DNA of 64,000 nt, taken from IMG/VR virus record IMGVR_UViG_3300010366_000012, positions 1 to 64,000 of that record; one strand, given 5' to 3'. Of this stretch, positions 35,859-45,020 are shown in pieces. The translations under genes were made by a program, and so were the position numbers. Position 1 is the first letter of the stretch, and every line of letters begins with the position of its first letter. The DNA is from a virus (Duplodnaviria > Caudoviricetes). Below the pieces are notes generated by a model. The model had not been told where the DNA came from, did not search any database, and worked only from the letters and a program-made list of their open reading frames with translations.

Positions 35859-36334
35859 CCAGCGAGAAGGCGTATGACGTCAGCCAGCGGATGGACGCGC
35901 ACATAGCCGCGCACCTGGCCACCGTGCCGGGCACCTCACCGGGGCTGGGCACCTCGATGACCACCTGCATGTCTGTCGTGCTGCCCACCACCGATGTCTA
36001 CGTGGTGCAGGGCGCGCTGCTGATCAACGCCCAGTCCTCCGGCGGCACGCTGTCCTACCGGGCCAACCCGGCCGGGGGGCTGGCCGCCGCTGCCTCGCGG
36101 ATCGCCTGGGCCGAGCTGAATGGCACCAGCGTCGGCGTGGTGGCCATGAACGGGATCGGCAACACGATCACCGGCTCGACCATCGGCGGCGGCCTGGCCG
36201 ACCGGCTGGTGTGGTTCACCGGCACGGTGCAGCCCGCCACGCCCGGCACCCTCAACATCCAGGCGGCGCTGTCGTCGGGGTCGGCAACCGCCTACTCCGT
36301 CGGCAGCCACGTGGACGCCTGGAAGATCACCTGA
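35855..36334 (+). CDS. Minor tail protein
   Basis: ATGA overlap; beta-rich 159 aa. Confidence 0.7.
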   Translation: MTSEKAYDVSQRMDAHIAAHLATVPGTSPGLGTSMTTCMSVVLPTTDVYVVQGALLINAQSSGGTLSYRANPAGGLAAAASRIAWAELNGTSVGVVAMNGIGNTITGSTIGGGLADRLVWFTGTVQPATPGTLNIQAALSSGSATAYSVGSHVDAWKIT

Positions 36335-36341
36335 ACGGAGC

Positions 36342-36644
36342 ATGATCATGACCGCAGGGCAGCAGCCCACCATAGAGCAGGTCAACGGGCAGCTAACCGC
36401 CGCCGCGCTCCAGTTGCACCTGCTGATGAACCGGATCACCGACCTGCACCTCCAGTTCAGCGTGAAGCTCGGCGCGGCCGGGCTGCAAGCTCTCGGCACG
36501 AGCGCTGCTGATGCTGCCGACATCGTGGCGCACTGGGACACCCTCGGCACGGTGGCCGACATCTACTTCGGCCGGGCACCGCAGCCCTCCGCCTACCCGT
36601 TTGATGACGCGCTCGCTGACGTGCGCGGGGGGCAGGCCGACTGA
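36342..36644 (+). CDS. Hypothetical tail-region protein
   Basis: 100-aa helical ORF. Confidence 0.7.
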   Translation: MIMTAGQQPTIEQVNGQLTAAALQLHLLMNRITDLHLQFSVKLGAAGLQALGTSAADAADIVAHWDTLGTVADIYFGRAPQPSAYPFDDALADVRGGQAD

Positions 36645-37798
36645 TGCGCCCTGGCCTGACCACGCTGGTGACCTACCGGGCTGACGGATCGCAGGCCCGG
36701 TCGCTGGCGCAGCTCGGCCACCTGACGCCTGCGGTCTACAGCTACGTCATCCCCGGAGGCTGTGACGCGCTGACATCCAGCTTCAGCAAGCCGCCCCGCT
36801 ACCGCACCGACGCCCTGGACCCGGGACGGCTGCTGCGCGCCTACCGCGGCGGCGCGGTGGTGTGGTCGGGGATCTTGGACGAGCCCTCGCCCAGTGACGC
36901 CGGGTGGTCGATCAGCGCGCACGGCGCAGGCAGCTACGGCAACGACTGGCGGGCCATCTGGACCGGCAGCTTCGGGACGTCCACCGTCGATCAGGTCGTG
37001 AACAACGCGATCAGCCGGGGCCTGAAATGGGTGAACCCGGGCATCGGCAGCCCGGCCGGGATGTGGGTCGGGCAGTCGTTTGACAGCGGCAGCCAGACGG
37101 TCACCGACGTGCTCAACAACGCCTGCAGCAAGGGCGGGCTGACCTGGACGGTCAACACCGACGACAGCGGGAACAACGTGCTGAACGTGGTGCCCCGGCC
37201 CTCGGCCGCCAACCGGCTGCTGATCGTCGGCACGCCGCTGGCCCGCAGCGCCGCGCTCGGCCCGACCACGCTGTACGTCCGCTACCAGTCAACCGGCGAC
37301 TCTGGCAAGACGCCCGCTGCCTACGCGCTGACCAGCGTGACCACAAGCGCCCGCGAGCAGGCTGGCTACCGGGTCGAGGACTACATGGACCTGTCCAGCG
37401 CCGGGCAGCAGACCGCGACCCAGGCGCAGGCCCCGGCCTCGGCGGTGCTGCAGAAGTTCCAGCGGGTGGCGTTCACCGATGCGGTCACCGTGGGCCACGG
37501 CGGGCTGCGCAACCTCGGCGGCACCGCCTGTGACCCGGGCAGCTACCTGGACGGCAACATGACCGCGATGGTCTGCAAGCTCCTGCTGGCCGACTACACG
37601 CCCGTGGGCGACACGATCACCGGAGCGCCGAGCATCCTGGTCGGCTCCTACTCCTGGGACGACGGCGCGGTGCAGGCCACGATCACCCCGTCCGATTCGA
37701 TCCGGCACGACTTCTCCAGCCTCATGCAGATGATCGCGGACACCCGCCCGCACCGCACCCGCCCGACGCACCGGCATCACAAGGCCATTCACCACTAG
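36644..37798 (+). CDS. Tail tip / baseplate hub (Tal-like) minor tail protein
   Basis: 384 aa; 'LLRAYRGGAVVWSGIL...WSISAHG' pattern typical of hub proteins. Confidence 0.7.
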   Translation: MRPGLTTLVTYRADGSQARSLAQLGHLTPAVYSYVIPGGCDALTSSFSKPPRYRTDALDPGRLLRAYRGGAVVWSGILDEPSPSDAGWSISAHGAGSYGNDWRAIWTGSFGTSTVDQVVNNAISRGLKWVNPGIGSPAGMWVGQSFDSGSQTVTDVLNNACSKGGLTWTVNTDDSGNNVLNVVPRPSAANRLLIVGTPLARSAALGPTTLYVRYQSTGDSGKTPAAYALTSVTTSAREQAGYRVEDYMDLSSAGQQTATQAQAPASAVLQKFQRVAFTDAVTVGHGGLRNLGGTACDPGSYLDGNMTAMVCKLLLADYTPVGDTITGAPSILVGSYSWDDGAVQATITPSDSIRHDFSSLMQMIADTRPHRTRPTHRHHKAIHH

Positions 37799-37812
37799 AG
37801 AGGGAAAGATCC

Positions 37813-38487
37813 ATGAACCCACGCATCAACGGCGCGGCCGACCGGCTGACCGTGGGGGCGCTCGCCCCGCACGGCGATGCCGGTGGCGTCCGCACTGCCT
37901 TCCGCGTGCAGCGGTGGGACGCCGAGCAGACCGCCTGGGTCGGCCGCCAGGTCAAGGAGGGTGGCACCCGCTACGGGCACGTCCGCCAGCTCACCCCGGG
38001 CGTGTTCGCCCACTTCGGTGTCGCGGCTTACGCCGACACCACCGACCCCGACTGCAACATGATCTTGCAGGCGGGCTGGGTGGCGCTGCTCGGCGGCATC
38101 GCGGGCACCTCGATCACCACGAAGTGGTCGGGCACGGTCGGCCGGATCGGGGTCGGTGACAGCGCGACCGCCGCGGCCTACGCGCAGACCGACCTGCAGG
38201 CCAGCACGAACAAGTATTACCAGCTGGTCAGCGGGGCACCGACGATCGCCACTGGCAGCAGCCCGGCCACGCTGACGTTCACCAGCGTGTTCGGCACTGG
38301 CAACGCCAACTACGCCTGGCAGGAGTTCGTCTGCGACGAGGGCACTGCATCCAACACCGGCCCGGTGGTGGCGGTCTGCCTCAACCGCGGGGTCAGCGCG
38401 CAGGGCACCAAGGCGTCCGGCCAGACCTGGACCGCCACGGCCACGATTTCGTTCGGCTACCCGAGCGGGTCCGGCACGGTGAGCTGA
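37813..38487 (+). CDS. Minor tail/virion protein
   Basis: 'IGVGDSATAA...QTDL...ANYAWQE...GTKASGQTW' pattern common in tail modules. Confidence 0.7.
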   Translation: MNPRINGAADRLTVGALAPHGDAGGVRTAFRVQRWDAEQTAWVGRQVKEGGTRYGHVRQLTPGVFAHFGVAAYADTTDPDCNMILQAGWVALLGGIAGTSITTKWSGTVGRIGVGDSATAAAYAQTDLQASTNKYYQLVSGAPTIATGSSPATLTFTSVFGTGNANYAWQEFVCDEGTASNTGPVVAVCLNRGVSAQGTKASGQTWTATATISFGYPSGSGTVS

Positions 38488-38490
38488 GCC

Positions 38491-39084
38491 ATGCCTGTCG
38501 GCATCGGGCAGCTTCTCAACTGGGGCTCGCCGTGGCAGACCGCTGCGGGCACCGTGCTGAACACGGCCACCACGGCGACGATCAGCCCGCAGGCACCCGG
38601 CCCGCAGGACTTCCCGGTGGCCACCGCCTACCTGTACTACGGGTCCACCCTGCGGATCACCGCCTCGGGCATCCTCACCACCACGGCCACGTCCACCACG
38701 GCCACGATCTTCGCCACGGCCGGGTCCGGGCCGACGACGCTGTGTACCCCGGTCGGGCTCACGACCGGCACGACGGTGATCACCGGCATCCAGTGGCTGT
38801 GGGAGAGCTACCACACGATCATCCAGGCGGGGGCCAGCACCGGGAACACGATCAGCAGCTTCGGCAAGCTGAGCCTGTTCAACTCCGGCGCGGGCCTGCC
38901 CGCCAACCCGATCGCCCTCACCGCTACGCCGGGCATGGCGCTGGCCGCGCCCAACTCAGCGGGTGACACCGTGGCGGCGGTCAGCACTGCTGTGGCGATG
39001 CCGATCATGCTGCGCGGCACCCTCGCCGGGGCCAACGCCACCATCCAGTGCAACCGGTTCCTGGTGGAGCACCTGTACGCATAA
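38491..39084 (+). CDS. Minor tail/virion protein
   Basis: Thr-rich, beta-type 197 aa. Confidence 0.7.
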   Translation: MPVGIGQLLNWGSPWQTAAGTVLNTATTATISPQAPGPQDFPVATAYLYYGSTLRITASGILTTTATSTTATIFATAGSGPTTLCTPVGLTTGTTVITGIQWLWESYHTIIQAGASTGNTISSFGKLSLFNSGAGLPANPIALTATPGMALAAPNSAGDTVAAVSTAVAMPIMLRGTLAGANATIQCNRFLVEHLYA

Positions 39085-39119
39085 CGGGAGGCGGCCGGGC
39101 CTAGCGGAGGGAGGCTGAC

Positions 39120-42100
39120 GTGCCGGTCCCTATCGCGGTGGTGCCCCGCCTCCCCGGGCGGCGGCTCCCGGCCGCGCCGGACGCCAGCTTCCCCGGGCTC
39201 GGCTCCGGCCCCGCGCCCTACCTGTTCGGGCAGGGCCTGGTCACTGGCACCTCCGGCAGCCGCGTCTACCCGGTCAGTGCCACCACTGACGCGGGCGACA
39301 CGCTGCTGGTGGCCACGCAGGTCAACAACACCACCTGCATCCCCTCCGCTTGCACCGACTCACAGGGCAACGTCTACACACTGGACGCGCAAGTCACCTC
39401 GCCCGGCCCGCAGATGGAGTTCTTCCGGTCAGCCGGGGCCACGGGCGGCCCTGGCGGCGGCCCCACCGTGCCGCTGACCCTCGCAGACACGATCACGATC
39501 ACCACCAACGCGGTTAGCGGCAACGTCAACCTGAACGGCACCTGCGTGCCGGGCGCTGGCCCGCTGGATGTCGCCTCGGGCATCACCTCGTCCACCAGCG
39601 CGATCAGCAACACGCACTCGATCACCCCGACCGCTGATTACGAGCTTGTCGTGGTCATGGGCGTGTCCCAGTTCGGCCCCGGCAGCATGTGGCTGGACGG
39701 GTCCAGCCCTTACACGCTGGTCTACAACGCGATCGGCGCTACCTCGGCGTTCGTGTGGTCCGCCTACGACCAGCTAGGCGCGGGCAGCGCCGGGCAAGCC
39801 AGCACCTGCGTGCAGCACGTGTCCGGCACGCCGGGCACGCTGCGGTCCTACGCCTGGGCGTTCCAGCCGCTGCCGGTGGCCCTGGCTGACGCCGCAGGAG
39901 CGGCGGACGCGCTGTCGGTGGCTGCCAGCGGCACGGGCGTGCCGTACCAGGCCGGGTCCGGGCTGACAACCGGCTCGGGCACCTCGCGGACCGCCACAGT
40001 CACCCAGGCCACCGCGGCCGGTGACACCCTGCTGGCTCTGATCACCACGCAGAACACCTCGTGCGGGATCAATGCGCTTGCCGACTCCAAGGGCAATGTC
40101 TGGATACTGGACACCCAGGCCCAGGTGACGGTCCCGATGACCACCTTCTGGCGGTGCCCCGGCGCGACCGGTGGGCCGGGCGGCGGGCAGACCGCCGCGC
40201 TCACCACATCGGACACCCTCACCGCCACCTCGGACGCGGCCACCGGCAACGTGGAGATCCAGCTGATCTGCGTGCCCGGGGCCGGGCCGCTGGACGTCAA
40301 GAACAGCACCCCGGCCAACGCCAGCTCCGCATCCCCGGCAGCCAGCATCACGCCCACCGTCAACGGCGACATCTGCATCGTGCTGCTGGCCGACGCCTTC
40401 GGCGGCGGGGCACCCACCGCGGTGTCCTCGCCGTACCAGCTGGTCAGCACCTATCAGACCGGGGTCAACCCGTTCAACAATGCCTACTGGCAGCAGCAGG
40501 CCGCGGGCTCGGGCGCGGGCACGCCGCAGGCGTTCAGCGCAACGATCGTGTCCGCCCGGTGGGCTGCGGTCCAGTACAGCTTCCAGCCGCCGCCTTCCGT
40601 CACGCCGGTCAGCGTGGCCGACGCCGGGGGCGCAGCCGACCAGCTCAGCGCTGGCGCTACCGTCCCAGTGGCAGATCCTGGGGCCGCCGCCGACCAGCAG
40701 GCCATCCAGGCTGCTGTCCCGCTGCCAGATGCGGCGGGAGCTGCGGACGCTCTTTCGGTGACCGCTGCCGCGCCGCTTGCGGACCGCGGCGCGGCTGCCG
40801 ACACCTCCGCGGTGGCTGCCAGCGCTGGACTAGCGGACAGCGCTGGCGGCACGGAGTCGGCAGCCGCGAGTGCGAGCGTACCGCTGGCCGAGGCAGGCGG
40901 GGCGGCGGATGCGCTCTCGGTGGGCGGGGCGGCGTCGATCTCGCTGGCGGATGCGGGCGGGGCTGCCGACGCGCTGGCCGTCACCGCCGCGGTGCCGCTT
41001 CCCGAGTCGGCGGCTGCAACCGAGTCCGCCGCAGTGGCGGCCAGCGTGGGGATCGCTGACGCCGCGGCGGCAACTGACCTGCCTGCGATCACAGCCGCGG
41101 TTCCCGTTTCCGAGGCTGCAGGCGCGGCCGAGACGCCAGCGATCAGCGCCACCGTACCGCTGGCCGATCAGGCCGGGGCTGCCGAGTACCAGCCGCGCGA
41201 GCTGGCCGAGGCGGCCGGGGCGGCCGACCAGCTGGCCGTCACGGCGGCAGTGCCTCTCGCAGATGCCGCTGCGGCGGCAGAGGTGGCAGCCGTCACGGCC
41301 AGCGTGGCTGTTACCGACGCTGCGGCTGCGGTGGATCAGCAGTCGGCAGCGGTCACCGTGTCGCTGCCCGAGGCTGGAGCATCAGCCGAGGCGTCGGTGG
41401 CCACAGTCACGGTACCGCTGGCTGACCAGGCCGCGGGCACCGAGTCGATGATCAGCGGGATGCCGGTCACCTACGCGGACGCGGGCGGCGCGGCTGATCA
41501 GCTGGCCGTGAGCGTGAGCGCCCCGGCCGGTGATGTCGCAGCAGCGAGCGATGTGCTAACAGCCCCCGCAGCAGTTCCGGTCACCGACCAGGGCGCGGGT
41601 GCCGACGCTATCAGCGCGGCCGGGCAAGTGCCACTGGCTGATGCTGCCGGGGCGCGGGACACGATCGCCCCGGCAGCTGCCGTCCCGTCCGCCGAGCAGG
41701 CAGGCGCATCTGATGTGCTGGGCATCGCGGCCACATCACCGCTCAGCGACCAGGCCGGTGCGGCTGATGCTATCGCCGTGGTGGCCGGGGCTCAGGTCGC
41801 CCTGCCAGATGCGGGCGGCGCGGCTGAGCAGCTGGCCGTGGCCAGCGCCAGCCAGGCCGCCGATCCCGCGGGCGCGGCAGATGTGCTGCAGGTATCCGCC
41901 GCGCTGTCGCAAAGCGACCTGGCTGGCGCTGCCGACGCTATCGCGGTCACCGTGGGGGCCGCGGTCAGCCTGGCCGACGCCGGGGCCGCGCGGGACGCGG
42001 AGGGCGTCTCCGCGCAAGTCCCGCTGGCGGACGCCAGCGCAGCGGCTGACGGGCTAACGGTCACCGCCACGGCACAGCCGGTGCTCCCCGACTCCGGCGC

Positions 42101-42764
42101 TGGCACAGAGGCGCTCAGCGCCGCGGTGAGCACGCCCGGTAAGGACGTAGCTGCAGCCAGTGACAGCCTGGCGGTAGCGCAGACCGTCAGCATGACCGAC
42201 CGGGCCGCCGCGTCCGACGCCCTTGATGTCATTATCCCGCTGATCAGCCCGGCCCCGGTGCTGATCCCCGCGCCAGCCCGGCCGCGCTGGCACCTGGTCC
42301 CGGCAGCCCAGCGGTGGCAGGTGGCCGCCACCAGGCCCCAGTGGCAGGCTGTTAGCAGCCCTCCCCGCTGGGCTGCCGCCCTAACTTCAGCGAGGTGGGT
42401 GATCATCGTGGCCGCCTTCGAGCCGATCGCCGCGGTCAGCCAGCAGAACATCAACGTCGCCTGGACGTCGGACCTGGGCGGCGATGTCATGGACCCGACT
42501 GCGCTGCCGATGCCGGTCAAGTTCGCCGTGCCCGTCAGCTCCGGCGATGAGAACCGCCCGGCCGAGCCGGTCACCTGGTTCGATGCGGTCTGGCTGAGCC
42601 CCAACGGGCGGCACGCCGGGTTCATCGCCCAGTGCCCGGTCGGCCCGACCAGCCTGGGCGGCCTGGTGCAGCTGGCCGCGGGCCAGGTCTACGACGTCTG
42701 GTCCGAGGTGGACACCGGCACCGAGACGGTCCGGGCATTTGCCGGGCAGCAGCGGGTGTACTGA
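39120..42764 (+). CDS. Tail fibre/spike-like protein with a duplicated N-terminal domain and ~30 18-aa repeats
   Basis: Two homologous ~210-aa domains (both with GDTLL, D(S)xGNV, GATGGPGGG, CVPGAGPLDV); repeats of type VPLADAAGAADALSVTAA. Confidence 0.8.
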   Translation: MPVPIAVVPRLPGRRLPAAPDASFPGLGSGPAPYLFGQGLVTGTSGSRVYPVSATTDAGDTLLVATQVNNTTCIPSACTDSQGNVYTLDAQVTSPGPQMEFFRSAGATGGPGGGPTVPLTLADTITITTNAVSGNVNLNGTCVPGAGPLDVASGITSSTSAISNTHSITPTADYELVVVMGVSQFGPGSMWLDGSSPYTLVYNAIGATSAFVWSAYDQLGAGSAGQASTCVQHVSGTPGTLRSYAWAFQPLPVALADAAGAADALSVAASGTGVPYQAGSGLTTGSGTSRTATVTQATAAGDTLLALITTQNTSCGINALADSKGNVWILDTQAQVTVPMTTFWRCPGATGGPGGGQTAALTTSDTLTATSDAATGNVEIQLICVPGAGPLDVKNSTPANASSASPAASITPTVNGDICIVLLADAFGGGAPTAVSSPYQLVSTYQTGVNPFNNAYWQQQAAGSGAGTPQAFSATIVSARWAAVQYSFQPPPSVTPVSVADAGGAADQLSAGATVPVADPGAAADQQAIQAAVPLPDAAGAADALSVTAAAPLADRGAAADTSAVAASAGLADSAGGTESAAASASVPLAEAGGAADALSVGGAASISLADAGGAADALAVTAAVPLPESAAATESAAVAASVGIADAAAATDLPAITAAVPVSEAAGAAETPAISATVPLADQAGAAEYQPRELAEAAGAADQLAVTAAVPLADAAAAAEVAAVTASVAVTDAAAAVDQQSAAVTVSLPEAGASAEASVATVTVPLADQAAGTESMISGMPVTYADAGGAADQLAVSVSAPAGDVAAASDVLTAPAAVPVTDQGAGADAISAAGQVPLADAAGARDTIAPAAAVPSAEQAGASDVLGIAATSPLSDQAGAADAIAVVAGAQVALPDAGGAAEQLAVASASQAADPAGAADVLQVSAALSQSDLAGAADAIAVTVGAAVSLADAGAARDAEGVSAQVPLADASAAADGLTVTATAQPVLPDSGAGTEALSAAVSTPGKDVAAASDSLAVAQTVSMTDRAAASDALDVIIPLISPAPVLIPAPARPRWHLVPAAQRWQVAATRPQWQAVSSPPRWAAALTSARWVIIVAAFEPIAAVSQQNINVAWTSDLGGDVMDPTALPMPVKFAVPVSSGDENRPAEPVTWFDAVWLSPNGRHAGFIAQCPVGPTSLGGLVQLAAGQVYDVWSEVDTGTETVRAFAGQQRVY

Positions 42765-43055
42765 GTGACCGATGGCCGCAATGTCAGCTATGACCGCTGG
42801 GATGCCACCAACCAGGAGATCAACCGGCGTCTGGGCGAGCTGGAGGCGTTCTCCCGGTCGCTGCGCGGCGCGGAGCAGGAGCACCGGTCGTTCGAGGACC
42901 GCCTGTTGGCGCTGGAGCGGTCCGAGCAGGAGGCTGAGGCGGGCCGCAGGTCAAGGAGGGACCGGTCGTGGGTGGTGGGCCTGACGATCATGAGCGCGAT
43001 GATCTCCCCGATCGTGGTCAGCCTGTTCATCGCCTGGCTGCACGTGCGCGGCTAG
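42765..43055 (+). CDS. Coiled-coil protein with a C-terminal transmembrane helix (lysis-region membrane protein)
   Basis: 'RLLALERSE...SWVVGLTIMSAMISPIVVSLFIAWL'. Confidence 0.7.
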   Translation: MTDGRNVSYDRWDATNQEINRRLGELEAFSRSLRGAEQEHRSFEDRLLALERSEQEAEAGRRSRRDRSWVVGLTIMSAMISPIVVSLFIAWLHVRG

Positions 43056-43294
43056 GCCCGCGGTGGGCGGTCGCCTGGCTGGCCGTGCTGCTGCTGCTGC
43101 TGTTCGGGGGGATCTGCGCCGATGGGCTGCTCACCATCGTGCTGGTGTTCGGGCAGCAGCACCAGCGCCACGAGCTGATTCAGGAGCGCAAGGAGTTCTG
43201 CCGGGCCGAGTACGAGTTGCGGGCCAAGATCACTGAGATCGAGATCGAGATCCACAGCTACATCTACGTCCCGCCGAGCCCCATCTGCCGGTAG
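42968..43294 (+). CDS. Membrane protein of the lysis region (start uncertain)
   Basis: WAVAWLAVLLLLLFGGICADGLLTIVLVFG hydrophobic segment followed by a coiled coil. Confidence 0.5.
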   Translation: MGGGPDDHERDDLPDRGQPVHRLAARARLGPRWAVAWLAVLLLLLFGGICADGLLTIVLVFGQQHQRHELIQERKEFCRAEYELRAKITEIEIEIHSYIYVPPSPICR

Positions 43295-43361
43295 CAGCCC
43301 GGCTGGCGTGCTGACATACTGAGCGCAGGCCGGTCCCCGCATGGCAGCCTGGGGGCTCGCC

Positions 43362-44180
43362 ATGGCAGGGTTCGGGATCGACTACTCCTACGGGCAGGGC
43401 CTGACCACGGCCCAGATGCACCGCGGCGGGGTCACGTTCGTCTGCCGGTACCTGGCCTACCTGCCCAACGGCAAGTGCATCAACAAGGCCGAGTTCGACA
43501 ACCTGGTGAAGGCCGGGATCAAGGTCGTGCTGGTCTGGGAGCAGGACGGCCGGGACTGCATGGGCGGCCGGGCGCGCGGTGTGGCCCACGCCCAGGAGGC
43601 TGCCAAGCAGGCGCACGCGCTGACCGGCAGCAACGAGGCTGTCATCTACTTCGCGCCGTGCGATTTTGATGCCGCGCCGGGAATGCAGCCGCTGATCAAC
43701 GGCTACCTGGACGGGGCCGCCAGCGTGATCGGGCACGGCCGGACCGGGATGTACGGCGGCTTCTGGCCGCTGAGCCGGGCACTGGACGGGCGGCACGCCG
43801 CCTACGGCTGGCAGACCTATGCCTGGAGCGGCACCAACCTGGACCGCAGGGCCAGCCTGTACCAGTACCACAACGGGGTCAGGTTCGGGCCTGCTGAGGT
43901 TGACTACGACAAGTCCTTCCACGACGATTTCGGCCAGTGGCCCCGCCCGCATGCAGCCCCGGCCCCCGCGCATGCGCCCGCTGCGCCCGCCAAGCCGCCC
44001 GCCTTCTATGAGCACACCGCCAACGGGACCGACACCTGGGCCGAGATCGCATCCGGCCGGAACATGCAGCCGGGCAGCTTCGCCGCCGAGCAGTGGGAGC
44101 TGGGCCAGGACACGGCCAACAAGCTGTTCGGCTCTTTCGTGCCGCCTGCGGGGGCGAAGTACCGGACTAAGCACCCGTGA
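43362..44180 (+). CDS. Endolysin, DUF1906 (Rv2525c-like) glycoside hydrolase with a C-terminal LysM-like segment
   Basis: GIDYS...FVCRYL...VLVWEQ...IYFAPCDFD...GMYGG...WQTYAWS...LYQY...VDYD. Confidence 0.88.
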   Translation: MAGFGIDYSYGQGLTTAQMHRGGVTFVCRYLAYLPNGKCINKAEFDNLVKAGIKVVLVWEQDGRDCMGGRARGVAHAQEAAKQAHALTGSNEAVIYFAPCDFDAAPGMQPLINGYLDGAASVIGHGRTGMYGGFWPLSRALDGRHAAYGWQTYAWSGTNLDRRASLYQYHNGVRFGPAEVDYDKSFHDDFGQWPRPHAAPAPAHAPAAPAKPPAFYEHTANGTDTWAEIASGRNMQPGSFAAEQWELGQDTANKLFGSFVPPAGAKYRTKHP

Positions 44181-44428
44181 TCTTCCGCTGGCGCAGGCCG
44201 CGTCCTCCCGACCCCAGCCGGTTTGCTGAGGACCGCATCCTGGCGGCGATGACCTACTGCCGCTCGATGCAGGGCACCGGCCACCTGAAGGTGCCGGTTG
44301 CCCAGGTGATGATCCTGCTCGACCCGCAGCACAAGATGCACCCCGAGCCCGACCCGCGGCAAGATCCGGTGACCGGCTGCCTGCCGGTGACTGCAGAGCC
44401 AGGCCCGCGCGGCACCAGCGGAAGTTAA
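44177..44428 (+). CDS. Hypothetical protein
   Basis: GTGA overlap with the endolysin stop; 83 aa. Confidence 0.55.
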   Translation: MIFRWRRPRPPDPSRFAEDRILAAMTYCRSMQGTGHLKVPVAQVMILLDPQHKMHPEPDPRQDPVTGCLPVTAEPGPRGTSGS

Positions 44429-44525
44429 AGCAGCCCGGGAGCCCCCCGCCATCCCGTGCCGCGTACCACGCGAGCCTGGCTCGGGGGCAACGTATCACCA
44501 GGCCAGCCTGTCAGTACAGCACCGG

Positions 44526-45020
44526 TTAGCCAGCCAGCCGGGCTGCTCGCAGCGGATTGCGCCGGGCATGCACCTCGGCCGCGTGAATCCGCACCGCGCG
44601 GTACAGGTCGCTCGGCCCCCAGGTGGCGTGGTAGTAGACCTTGCCCTCCGGGCTCACCCAGTAGATCCCCTTGCACCCGTTGCAGCTCTTGCACAGCGTG
44701 GCCAGGTTCGGCTTCCAGGTGAGCCCGCCCATGATCCACGGGGTGATGTGGTCGATCTGCAGGCCCGGCCACCTCGCCCGCTTGCCCCTGCCGACCTGCT
44801 TCGGCGCGAACCCGCACGCCACGCAGCGGTGCCGGTCGGCGGCCAGCACCTCGCGCCGCAGCCGCGCGCCTATCCGGTCATTCTTGCCGCGGACCCCGTG
44901 GCGCACCTTGGCACGCCAGCGCTGCCGCCAGCGCCGGGGCCACAGCAGCCCGCGCGGCCTGATCAGGCAGGCCAGCGTCACGTAGGCGGCCAGCACGGCC
45001 AGCACGGCATCCCCGCTCAC
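44526..45020 (-). CDS. HNH endonuclease with an N-terminal hydrophobic anchor
   Basis: RCVACG...LQIDHITPWIMGGLTWKPNLATLCKSCNGCKG; N-terminal AVLAVLAAYVTLACLI; coupled to traB. Confidence 0.85.
   Translation of the reverse strand: MSGDAVLAVLAAYVTLACLIRPRGLLWPRRWRQRWRAKVRHGVRGKNDRIGARLRREVLAADRHRCVACGFAPKQVGRGKRARWPGLQIDHITPWIMGGLTWKPNLATLCKSCNGCKGIYWVSPEGKVYYHATWGPSDLYRAVRIHAAEVHARRNPLRAARLAG

Noticed and set aside
39120-42764. Diversity-generating retroelement acting on the fibre gene
   Set aside because: No reverse transcriptase in the window and no template/variable repeat pair differing at adenines; the duplicated domains are diverged at all positions.
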